Below, in pieces: positions 40,682-48,885 of a stretch of DNA of 64,000 nt; positions within the stretch are counted from its first letter, which is position 1, and each line of letters starts with the position of its first letter. This stretch comes from a virus, in IMG/VR virus record IMGVR_UViG_3300037440_000222. The stretch is one strand, 5' to 3'. The notes beneath the pieces were generated by a model. It was not told the DNA's origin and searched no databases. It saw nothing but the letters and a program-made list of their open reading frames with translations. The position numbers were made by a program, and so were the translations under genes.

Positions 40682-40903
40682 CTACTTACGACGATGCCGA
40701 TGACCAGTTTCCTCTTTCCGTCTTTCAAGTTTCTTCCGTCTGCGCCACTCCCGCATATAAATTTTACGTCGCTCCCTATTCTTTTCGTACCATTCGCGCC
40801 ACACTTCCTGATTGCAACGCAGACAAGTGCGCTTACCCTTCACAAATTCACCAACCTCTTTCGTCTCTCCACACCGCCAACACTCTTTCATTACTTTGAC
40901 CAT
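40682..40903 (-). CDS. small zinc-ribbon + Arg/Lys-rich protein, opposite strand inside the structural arm
   Basis: ECWRCGETKEVGEFVKGKRTCLRCNQ followed by RERRKIYMREWRRRKKLERRKEE. RBS AAGGA. A TTGGAT-17-TATGAA promoter-like sequence lies upstream. Confidence 0.55.
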   Translation of the reverse strand: MVKVMKECWRCGETKEVGEFVKGKRTCLRCNQEVWREWYEKNRERRKIYMREWRRRKKLERRKEETGHRHRRK

Positions 40904-40992
40904 TTGTCACGTCCTTTTCATAAAATTGACCCAAATTTTATCCAATTCTAGTAACAATGATACCACACTACTCATAACAAAACTACCGTAAA

Positions 40993-41261
40993 TGCGTAAC
41001 AGTAATGGTGCTTGTAACAATTATTCAGGAATCTTTCGTATATATACAGATTATTTAACTATAAAAATCACTCATTTTACTAGTATTAATCTAGTTAATA
41101 ACTAGTTATAACTAGTATCTAACTAGATTAATTAAGGGACTACTTGAATGAACACAGAAATAGCTAGAAACCTTATGTTTACCCGCTGGAAAAGCGTCCA
41201 GCTTTTCGGTATATACGAAAGATTCCGGCAACTTTGTTACAGGTGCTATCTTTGTTACGCA
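40993..41261. repeat. ~52-bp imperfect inverted repeats (40993-41044 / 41210-41261) flanking an AT-rich palindromic core
   Basis: Both arms read TATATACGAAAGATTCC-N7-TTGTTACA-N10-TGTTACGCA. The core holds the 12-bp IR TTAATCTAGTTA/TAACTAGATTAA (41086-41097 / 41120-41131) and reiterated ACTAG. A third, direct copy is at 29352 and a partial copy at 2652-2668. Confidence 0.65.
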
Positions 41262-41407
41262 AATGTACTCTACGCCTCCCTTCCCGACAATCTAGTTAAC
41301 GACACAGTTGAGCCTAGATGCTTTTCTAGGCGGTCAGTCAGATTTGTTCGGCTATGCGCATTAAAAGGGGACTTTCCCCTTGAACCCCTAAAATTGGAGT
41401 CAATCTA

Positions 41408-41905
41408 ATGGCTGGTTTCAACGTAGCAATATTTATCAAGTCGCTCGCGCCGCGTCCGTTCCGAGTAGCTGGCTACCGTAGCGAAATCCTACGCACGCTC
41501 CGCAAAGAGGGTAACGAAATCAAACTCTTATGGGACAAGGCTACAAACACATGGACTCCCAAGCCTCGTTTCCGCGTAGATACCCGCGTCGCAGGCGTTC
41601 ACGCAGAAGTCACTGTATCCACCCTTGATAAGCGCGTTTTCTACGTTGACCAAGGCACTAAGAAACGGTGGGCGGTGATGTCCAATCCCTACTCGCCCAA
41701 ATCGCGTGTGCGCCGCTTACAATCTTATCGCGGTTCGGGACAACCAATAATCGCTGGTCGTCGCGCAATGCAAGCACGCGGTATTCCGGCTCAAAAAGGT
41801 ATCGCACCCCGTCTATTCTCTGTCGAAATCCGCAAACTACGCCGGACAAAATTCTTTTCAAATATGCGTTCAGCAATGGACAGAGCAGCGGACAAATCAT
41901 TCTAA
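41408..41905 (+). CDS. hypothetical basic protein (head-module position)
   Basis: ORF track. RBS GGAG 9 nt upstream. Confidence 0.55.
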   Translation: MAGFNVAIFIKSLAPRPFRVAGYRSEILRTLRKEGNEIKLLWDKATNTWTPKPRFRVDTRVAGVHAEVTVSTLDKRVFYVDQGTKKRWAVMSNPYSPKSRVRRLQSYRGSGQPIIAGRRAMQARGIPAQKGIAPRLFSVEIRKLRRTKFFSNMRSAMDRAADKSF

Positions 41906-41917
41906 GGTGTAATAAAC

Positions 41918-42415
41918 ATGAGCAATATTTTACGATGGGATAACATTAATGTGAACGAGATACTAACAAGCTATCTGCGTGATAAATATGGTGATATTCT
42001 TGAATATCGTGTAGACGAGATAGAACCTAACAATGAACACATCGTTTTACAAACCATTGTTGATGTACTTCAAGCATCTTCTGAATTCACTTGGCACGAT
42101 ATTGAGTTGTTCAGCAACACTATTGCCACAAATCGAGACAATCTCGAAAAAGTCAGTTTGTCAGAATGGAAGTTATTATCTGAATTGTTAATTCGTCGTC
42201 TAAGCGGTTTTATAAATAGTGTAGACGATTTAGTTTTGTTTAGTCGTTTTCCTAAAAATATACGTGGCGAGAATCATACCTACTTTCAGAAACATGGTCT
42301 ATTTGTAACCTTATCAACAGAAACACAACGTTGGGACACGAAATTCATTCTGACCGCTAATGTTGGAATTGGACAATTTGCTAAACTTTACCAACTCACA
42401 AAACAAGGAATCTAA
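41918..42415 (+). CDS. hypothetical protein
   Basis: ORF track. Confidence 0.55.
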   Translation: MSNILRWDNINVNEILTSYLRDKYGDILEYRVDEIEPNNEHIVLQTIVDVLQASSEFTWHDIELFSNTIATNRDNLEKVSLSEWKLLSELLIRRLSGFINSVDDLVLFSRFPKNIRGENHTYFQKHGLFVTLSTETQRWDTKFILTANVGIGQFAKLYQLTKQGI

Positions 42416-42682
42416 ATGTCATCCAATCATCGACCAGAAGACATCAGACCCGCATGGTACAACGTTGTTCGTCGAATGCAATCGGTAGCTCGTAACAATC
42501 AAGGACTCGCAATTGTCCAAATGACCGTCCTTGTAAACGCGGACGGAAACCCTATTCTATGGCGTGAACCAGACTTCATCAAGTTTGAACCGCGCCATTC
42601 CGAAGCATTTGAGAAACTTATGCGTGACGAAATCCTTGAACCTGACGACATGATGAGTATTCTCAAACTTATGGTGAAGTGA
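42416..42682 (+). CDS. hypothetical small protein
   Basis: ORF track. The start abuts the upstream stop. Confidence 0.5.
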   Translation: MSSNHRPEDIRPAWYNVVRRMQSVARNNQGLAIVQMTVLVNADGNPILWREPDFIKFEPRHSEAFEKLMRDEILEPDDMMSILKLMVK

Positions 42683-42816
42683 CGCAATTTAACTAAAACT
42701 TCCTAATAATATAAAATGTGTCTAATTCGGACAATTGGAGAATAAACAATGGGCTGGTGGATTGTGGAGTGGAATCGGATAGCAATTTCAGAACATTATG
42801 GTAAAATAGAATAGTT

Positions 42817-44349
42817 GTGGCGCAACCTTTTATCTTCCCACCAGAAGAGTCTATCTCTATTATCAACGCGGATGCGGTTCGTTACGCACGTCGACTCGCA
42901 GCATGGAACTATCTGAACCCCGACCAAGCATTTTATTATCACGCTCTCTTGTGCGACCCTCCGTATCACCTAACATCTATCACTAAACGTTTTGGTAAAA
43001 AGAATTCTGCGCCTGCTAAATATGGACAAGACGGTGCGTTTTCCCGTGCATCTAGTGGGTTCATGGGTAAAGAATGGGACGGTGGTGACATCGCCTTTGA
43101 CCCTGCTACGTGGCGTGCCTTCAAAAGAATACTATATCCAGGCGCGTTCGGTATGGCGTTCGCGGGGTCACGCGGATGGCATCGGATGGCCGTTGCTATA
43201 GAAGATGCGGGGTTTATTATCCATCCGACTATATTCTTATGGGGATATGGTAGTGGTTTTCCGAAGGCTACTCGAATCGACACGCAGATTGACCGAGCAG
43301 ACGGTTATCAAATCCCAACTGGTGAGTTGATAACTGAGAACAATTCTATGTCGGGTGTAATTTCCCCCCGACATAATTACGATGCTCAATCTGAGTTAGC
43401 ACAAATATGGCAAGGACACCGTTACGGACTGCAAGCGATGAAACCCGCAACAGAACCTATCATCGTGTTCCAAAAACCCTACGCTGGTCGTCCAATAGAC
43501 AACATGATAGAGACAGGTGCAGGCGCGTTGAATATAGACGGCGGACGAATAGGAACTGATAAAATGTTGAACCAAGCTGTCCAGCTTGGTTCAAATGGTA
43601 TCTATAGCAAGATGGATAGAAACAATAGCCAAACAATAGCCAACGGTCGCTGGCCTGCTAATTTCATTCTCGTTCATACCCCTGACTGTCGCATAACTGG
43701 TTATAGGGAATCGGACAGTTATGTTATCAACCGCTTTGACGACGGCATGAAGCCGTTTGGCGACGGCGCGGGACATGAATATAGCACAGAAGATACTAGC
43801 GGTGGATTACAACCCGTTTGGGAATGTGTGGAAGGTTGTGCGGTAAAAGCGTTGGATAAACAAGGTGGCAATTCACATATCGTTGGCGAAGGTGATACGT
43901 CCCGTTTCTTTTATCAAGCAGGATGGTCATACGAAGTTGCTGAACAACTACTCAACGCTGACCCTGTGAAATATCAAGCAAAGGCGAGTCGCTCCGAACG
44001 CGATGCAGGTTTAGAAAATATAGAGCCAACTACTCCAGAACGATATGGCGAATTCAAGGGTACAGAAGAACATGCTCCGAATAAACAAAATTTACAACGC
44101 AATCCTCATCCTACTTTAAAACCTATCGACCTCACCCGCTATTTAGCAACTTTACTCCTACCTCCAGACCATTACGCTCCCCGTCGTATCTTCATCCCTT
44201 TCGCCGGTGTTGCGAGTGAAGTAATAGGCGCATATCAAGCACAATGGGAAACCGTCACCGGACTTGAATTAGAATCTGAGTACGTCCCTATCGCGCAACA
44301 ACGTTTGAAATATTGGATAGAACAGGGCATTCAACTACCATTATTCTAA
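42817..44349 (+). CDS. N6-adenine/N4-cytosine DNA methyltransferase (N6_N4_Mtase type, beta-class order) with a large central insertion
   Basis: Motif IV LLCDPPYH near the N-terminus. NPHPTLKPIDLTRYLATLLLPP and IFIPFAGVASE (AdoMet motif I region) lie near the C-terminus. GTG start. Confidence 0.75.
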   Translation: MAQPFIFPPEESISIINADAVRYARRLAAWNYLNPDQAFYYHALLCDPPYHLTSITKRFGKKNSAPAKYGQDGAFSRASSGFMGKEWDGGDIAFDPATWRAFKRILYPGAFGMAFAGSRGWHRMAVAIEDAGFIIHPTIFLWGYGSGFPKATRIDTQIDRADGYQIPTGELITENNSMSGVISPRHNYDAQSELAQIWQGHRYGLQAMKPATEPIIVFQKPYAGRPIDNMIETGAGALNIDGGRIGTDKMLNQAVQLGSNGIYSKMDRNNSQTIANGRWPANFILVHTPDCRITGYRESDSYVINRFDDGMKPFGDGAGHEYSTEDTSGGLQPVWECVEGCAVKALDKQGGNSHIVGEGDTSRFFYQAGWSYEVAEQLLNADPVKYQAKASRSERDAGLENIEPTTPERYGEFKGTEEHAPNKQNLQRNPHPTLKPIDLTRYLATLLLPPDHYAPRRIFIPFAGVASEVIGAYQAQWETVTGLELESEYVPIAQQRLKYWIEQGIQLPLF

Positions 44350-44369
44350 ACTTGTTCAACATGTCACTA

Positions 44370-44398
44370 TTGACAAATATCTAAAAATCCTCTAAAAT
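44370..44398 (+). promoter_or_regulatory. sigma70 promoter (TTGACA-17-TAAAAT)
   Basis: ctaTTGACAaatatctaaaaatcctcTAAAATctc, 19 nt before the ATG at 44417. Confidence 0.65.
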
Positions 44399-44416
44399 CT
44401 CTATACATCTCCATCT

Positions 44417-46210
44417 ATGGGCGTTCGGACTGGGCGCGTTGAGTCATTGTTTGATAACGACTCACGCGCTCAGTTCCGTTTAACCAACAAAATTATGCCT
44501 TACTCTATTGTCAAGAACCATGCAGACTGTCCTGATGGAAAACCTTATGCAATTATCAAAGACTCGGACGGTAAGAAAATGGGATGCCACAAAACCAGGA
44601 GCGACGCGGTGAAGCAAATAGCAGCAATTGAAGCGAACGAGGATAAACAAATCGACCCGTCAACCATCCCGCCCTTTGAAAAAGCAACTGACGAGGAAAA
44701 GGAATTATACGCCGATTACTATTCTGGCGAAGTCTACGACACCGACGATTACGTTCCTTACGGCGTGAAATCTTTTAGCGAATATGATGCGCTACTTCAA
44801 AATCGCAAACGTGCATCGTCTGTCAAGAAAGATACCGAATACCTGAAACAGTTTATCGACAACATCTTCTCCGACTCGGACACCACTGAAGAACAGAAGT
44901 TTGCTGAAGCGTCTGCGCTAATGAAAGAATTTCAATCCCGCGTGTCCTCAATTCCAGACATGGAAGACAAAGCTGTCACCTTCAACTTCAACTTCCCGCC
45001 TGCTATCAACAAAGCACTTGATAAGGTCAAGGCCGTTCTAAGCGGCAACGACGATGGAGCGCATAACATCCGTGACTTACCCACCGCCCCTGACTTGACC
45101 AAATCCTTCTCAATCTACAAATCTGCCGATGGACAGTTGCGCTGGTTCGCGGTCTATTCTAACAATTACATCGACGAAGACATGCCGCCCGACATCATTT
45201 CAGAAAAGTCCCACACCGATTTCGTTGCGCGTGTCGACTCCGGCGAAGACCCTTTTCCTGAACTCTGGCACTACCACATTGATGGCACTCGCTTTGGTAT
45301 CACCGACTTCCTTGATTACGCTGACGGGTTCGCAATTGCATCCGGCACAATTGACGAAGGACACGAGAAAGAAGCCTACGCATTAGCCGAAGCTGACAAC
45401 ATCGGTGTTTCTCACGGTATGCACGGTTCGTCTATCGAACGCGACTCCCAACACAAACACGTCATTATCCAACATACCACGCACGAAATTTCCCCTCTAC
45501 CTATGGATAAAGCCGCGAACAAACTGACCGGCTTCCACATTTTTACTAAGGAGCAAGTTATGTCTCTCACAGACGACAAGAAAGCGTATCTGCGCGATGT
45601 CATTCGTCTCGATGACAATGCAATCAAGGATGTCGAGAACGGTATTACTGAACGCAAGAAACAAGCGGAACAGTTGCGGCTTGAATCTAAACAAGCGGGT
45701 GACGATGCGGACGTTCCTGTTGAGGAAACTCCCCCAACCGAACCTGTTACCGAACCTGTTACTGAGCCTGTAACGGAAACCAAGACCGCACCGTTCAGTG
45801 ATGACCAAACTACCCAACTGAAAGAAGCGTTTGCAGCGTTCAGTGAAAATCTGGTGAAGGAATTCCTGACCCCGCTCACTGAGCAGGTCACTAAACTTTC
45901 GTCAGAAATCGCTACGTTGAAGGACGAGGGCGGCGCACTCAAATCGGCAGAACGTCTTACTCCGAAAGCTGCCCGTTTCTCGCTTACCGACCAGCTATTC
46001 GGTGAAGAACTGAAATCGCTATCTGCAACCGAGGACGAGGATAACGTCGTTGATGGGCGCACCAAAATCGGTAAGTCCGCGCCAGCCGAGACTGAAGACG
46101 AAAAAACTGTTATCAAGTCCAACGACGCACTAGCCGATACCATCGTAAACGGCATCTTCAACCAAAACCTTGACAAGTATCGCGGTCAGACAAGACAGCC
46201 AATCAACTAA
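44417..46210 (+). CDS. putative prohead protease/scaffolding-like protein
   Basis: 597-aa ORF directly upstream of the capsid gene. The C-terminal half is acidic, coiled and repeat-rich (PTEPVTEPVTEPVTE). The N-terminal MPYSIVKNHADCPDGKPYAIIKDSDGKKMGCHKT...AIEANE recalls phage capsid-assembly proteins. Positional call. The internal start at M27 is possible. Confidence 0.4.
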   Translation: MGVRTGRVESLFDNDSRAQFRLTNKIMPYSIVKNHADCPDGKPYAIIKDSDGKKMGCHKTRSDAVKQIAAIEANEDKQIDPSTIPPFEKATDEEKELYADYYSGEVYDTDDYVPYGVKSFSEYDALLQNRKRASSVKKDTEYLKQFIDNIFSDSDTTEEQKFAEASALMKEFQSRVSSIPDMEDKAVTFNFNFPPAINKALDKVKAVLSGNDDGAHNIRDLPTAPDLTKSFSIYKSADGQLRWFAVYSNNYIDEDMPPDIISEKSHTDFVARVDSGEDPFPELWHYHIDGTRFGITDFLDYADGFAIASGTIDEGHEKEAYALAEADNIGVSHGMHGSSIERDSQHKHVIIQHTTHEISPLPMDKAANKLTGFHIFTKEQVMSLTDDKKAYLRDVIRLDDNAIKDVENGITERKKQAEQLRLESKQAGDDADVPVEETPPTEPVTEPVTEPVTETKTAPFSDDQTTQLKEAFAAFSENLVKEFLTPLTEQVTKLSSEIATLKDEGGALKSAERLTPKAARFSLTDQLFGEELKSLSATEDEDNVVDGRTKIGKSAPAETEDEKTVIKSNDALADTIVNGIFNQNLDKYRGQTRQPIN

Positions 46211-46254
46211 CCTATCAACCACTCGGATAAGAAAACTAAACGAAGGAAACTACA

Positions 46255-47697
46255 ATGGATAAGGAAACCCAAGCACTTTTTGAAAATATGAGTGGTCTGA
46301 TGGAAAAGCAGACCGCTGTCTTAGAAAAAGCGTTAGACTCTAATAAAGCTGCCGCATCCACTATGACCGCCAACACCTTACACGGCGGCGGCGGTCTGTG
46401 GTCAGTTGCCGGACTTGAGCAGGAAATCGTCACCGCCCACATCCGTCCGCAAGGTATTGACCGCGTTCTACCCCTGTTCGCCACCAACAAGGAAGACCCG
46501 CGTTTCGGCGGTCTTACAGGCTTCACAGACGTGACCGGCGCAGAACCGGACAACGCTTGTGACGACGCTCCCACTGGCTTTATGAAGGGATGCACCCTAA
46601 CTGCCCGTTTCGGCATGACCCGTCGTGACACGAACACGATGGAGTTCAACAAAATCATCACCCGTTTGCACAGGGGCGATTTCATGGACTTGCGCTTAGT
46701 CGGGTCTGTCCTCGGTCTGACCAATCTACAACCTCGTGGTTTGAACGAGCAGGAAATCCTGACCCTTGTCACACAGGCCGAAATGGTCACAGCAGCCGTC
46801 AATGCTGAACGCAAACTGGTCAAGGAAATGTGGCAGGGTACTTACGGTACGTCCACCGAGTTCCCTGGCCTTGATTCCCAAATCGCGACTGGACAGAAGG
46901 ATGCTGACAACGGTGTCGCATGTCCCGCGCTTGATAGTGACGTGAAAGACTTCAACTTCAACAACGTCGAAGGCGCGTCCCCGTCCATTGTCGAGTACCT
47001 ATCAATGCTTGAGTGGTTTATCCACTTCAATGCTGAACGGATGGGACTGTTACCCGCATCGTTCTTCATTGCGATGCGCCCCGAACTGTGGCAAGTCTTA
47101 ACCGAAGTGTGGCCGTGCCAGTACAACACCGGCAAATGCGCCACTTCCATCGTCGGTAACGGCTCTCGCGTGATTATCGACGGTCGTGACAACATCGCTG
47201 ACCGTGACTCAATGCGCCGTTCAATGACAATCGAAGTCAATGGTCGCGTGTATCCAGTTGTCACCGACGACGGTATTCACGAAGCTACCAACATCACTAA
47301 CGGCAACTTACTGGCTGGTCAGTACGCATCCAGCATCTACTTCGTCCCGCTGACCGTTGCCGGTAACTTCCCTGTCACTTACCGTGAATACCTTGACTAT
47401 CGTTCGCCAATTGCCAACGCCAACTCCGCGTTACTGCGTGGTCGTCAAGACTTCTGGTCAGATGATGGAGTGTACCTGTGGTTCATCGAGAACAACAAGT
47501 ATTGCTACAAACTCGGTCTAAAAACTGAGCAGCGTATCGTTCTGCGCACACCGCAACTAGCTGGTAAAATCCAGAACGTTATGTACGAGCCGCTGCAACA
47601 CCTGCGTTCTAGCGACCCCGCGAGTCCATATTTTAGTGACGGGGGCGTTAGTCTCAAAGGCGGTTTGAGTGAACCTAAGGCAGTATGGAACAGCTAA
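46255..47697 (+). CDS. major capsid protein (by position, size and strong terminator)
   Basis: 480-aa ORF after the scaffold-like gene. RBS GAAGGAAA. Followed by a strong intrinsic terminator. Confidence 0.6.
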   Translation: MDKETQALFENMSGLMEKQTAVLEKALDSNKAAASTMTANTLHGGGGLWSVAGLEQEIVTAHIRPQGIDRVLPLFATNKEDPRFGGLTGFTDVTGAEPDNACDDAPTGFMKGCTLTARFGMTRRDTNTMEFNKIITRLHRGDFMDLRLVGSVLGLTNLQPRGLNEQEILTLVTQAEMVTAAVNAERKLVKEMWQGTYGTSTEFPGLDSQIATGQKDADNGVACPALDSDVKDFNFNNVEGASPSIVEYLSMLEWFIHFNAERMGLLPASFFIAMRPELWQVLTEVWPCQYNTGKCATSIVGNGSRVIIDGRDNIADRDSMRRSMTIEVNGRVYPVVTDDGIHEATNITNGNLLAGQYASSIYFVPLTVAGNFPVTYREYLDYRSPIANANSALLRGRQDFWSDDGVYLWFIENNKYCYKLGLKTEQRIVLRTPQLAGKIQNVMYEPLQHLRSSDPASPYFSDGGVSLKGGLSEPKAVWNS

Positions 47698-47724
47698 TAG
47701 ACTAGTAATAACCTACCAACTATC

Positions 47725-47756
47725 AAGAGTCGGGATAACACCCGACTCTTTTTTTA
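47725..47756 (+). terminator. intrinsic terminator after the capsid gene
   Basis: AAGAGTCGGG-ataaca-CCCGACTCTT followed by TTTTTT. Confidence 0.8.
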
Positions 47757-47833
47757 TCCATCTAGTTTATACCTATGCGAACCCAACCCCTGACCATCCC
47801 CCATTCACAACCCCTACATCTACCGTTTTACCC

Positions 47834-47862
47834 TTGACAAATCTAACAATTCGTGCATAATG
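47834..47862 (+). promoter_or_regulatory. sigma70 promoter (TTGACA-16/17-CATAAT)
   Basis: cccTTGACAaatctaacaattcgtgCATAATgg. No ORF lies between it and the hairpin at 47908-47953. Confidence 0.55.
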
Positions 47863-47907
47863 GAACTAGCCACAACGAAGACCTATCTAACCTCTAGGTC
47901 GCGCAGC

Positions 47908-47953
47908 ACCAAGAACCGAGTGTCTTATTCCAAACACTCGGTTCTTGGTTTAT
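47908..47953 (+). terminator. hairpin terminator (16-bp stem) ending a ~90-nt promoter-proximal transcript
   Basis: ACCAAGAACCGAGTGT/ACACTCGGTTCTTGGT followed by TTTATATAATT. Convergent with the minus gene 47974..48360. Confidence 0.5.
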
Positions 47954-47973
47954 ATAATTGGTGAATGATGGGG

Positions 47974-48360
47974 TTATTTCTTAGAAGACTTGCTGGACTT
48001 TGGGGAACTGAACGGTTCAGACTCGTCGCCTTCGTCCTCATCAACTTCCTCAATGTCTTCGATTGCAGCATCTTCAAAAGACGCTTCGGGCGAAGTATTG
48101 CCACTTACAGAAGTTGAGTCACTATCCGCCGGTTCAAATTCAAAACCAACTGGCTCATCATACTCATCATACGGATGCCACTCACCTTGACCAGTCCCAC
48201 GCTTGACCGACGTGTACAATTTAGCAACGCCCTCTTCATTCGTCGCACCGAACACGCGCAAACTAACAAAATCATCTGAAAACACTTCGACAATGACCGC
48301 AGCACGCGCACCGTTCTCGCTTTCAAAATGCACAATCCTGCCTAGACCTGTTTCAAACAT
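47974..48360 (-). CDS. hypothetical protein with acidic Ser/Glu/Asp tail, opposite strand
   Basis: ORF track. Confidence 0.5.
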   Translation of the reverse strand: MFETGLGRIVHFESENGARAAVIVEVFSDDFVSLRVFGATNEEGVAKLYTSVKRGTGQGEWHPYDEYDEPVGFEFEPADSDSTSVSGNTSPEASFEDAAIEDIEEVDEDEGDESEPFSSPKSSKSSKK

Positions 48361-48438
48361 AATAGACCTCCGTAATCAAATTTACCAAAAAGCTGGACGC
48401 TTTTCCAGCAGGTATTGAAACCCCATTATACCACTCCC

Positions 48439-48467
48439 TTGCATAACGTGTCAAAGTGGGGTAAAAT
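48439..48467 (+). promoter_or_regulatory. sigma70 promoter (TTGCAT-17-TAAAAT)
   Basis: ccTTGCATaacgtgtcaaagtggggTAAAATcacttatccATG. The -10 ends 9 nt before the ATG, which implies a near-leaderless mRNA. Confidence 0.55.
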
Positions 48468-48476
48468 CACTTATCC

Positions 48477-48665
48477 ATGTCAAACGATAAACAGCGTGTC
48501 CGCAAAACTATCTATCTTGACTCCGACGTTGCTGACCGTCTTCAGGAACTTGCGGATAAGAATAGACGCTCATTTGCGGGTCAAGCTGAATTCATTATAA
48601 ATAACGAAATTGAGCGCGACGATGCGCGTGTCCCATTGGTAAAAATCAATGACCCTAAAAAGTGA
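48477..48665 (+). CDS. ribbon-helix-helix (CopG/Arc-like) DNA-binding protein
   Basis: KQRVRKTIYLDSDVADRLQELADKNRRSFAGQAEFII fits a beta-strand plus two helices RHH layout. Confidence 0.6.
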   Translation: MSNDKQRVRKTIYLDSDVADRLQELADKNRRSFAGQAEFIINNEIERDDARVPLVKINDPKK

Positions 48666-48885
48666 GACTATCGTTTACCGTCACGCCTATTTCTACATTG
48701 TCAAACGAGTGAACTCCGCAGGCGACAAACGTTATACTCCCGTTATCGACAACAAAATGACACGCATCTCATGGACAACTTCGGGGATGGCTAGGCTATA
48801 TGGTGAAGCGGTTGCGTTGCGTTTGCGTAAGAAACGATTAGTCGCGCTACAATCTGTCATATCTAAACCACAAGAGAAAGAATAA
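48649..48885 (+). CDS. hypothetical small protein
   Basis: ORF track. Overlaps both neighbours. Confidence 0.5.
   Translation: MTLKSETIVYRHAYFYIVKRVNSAGDKRYTPVIDNKMTRISWTTSGMARLYGEAVALRLRKKRLVALQSVISKPQEKE

Noticed and set aside
40993-41261. Inverted repeats as the ends of an insertion sequence or MITE.
   Set aside because: There is no transposase, and I could find no target-site duplication flanking the arms. Additional arm copies occur singly elsewhere. The element was kept as a regulatory/origin-type repeat, and a TIR-element scar is mentioned only as a minor alternative.
41148-41408. 86-aa plus-strand ORF in the portal-head gap.
   Set aside because: It is built largely from the TATATACGAAAGATTCC/TTGTTAC repeat arm. 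That arm also occurs in non-coding DNA, and in a different frame inside another gene. The product is Cys/Arg/Leu-rich and odd in composition. Kept as non-coding, though translation is not excluded.
45412-47264. Long antisense ORFs 45412..46176, 45497..45817, 46236..46823 and 46842..47264. Similar cases are 20678..21364, 56851..57306, 42966..43283 and 36693..36998.
   Set aside because: They lie opposite well-supported genes (scaffold-like, capsid, ParM-like, glycosyltransferase, MTase, TerS). They are Ser/Arg/Pro-rich and lack start context.
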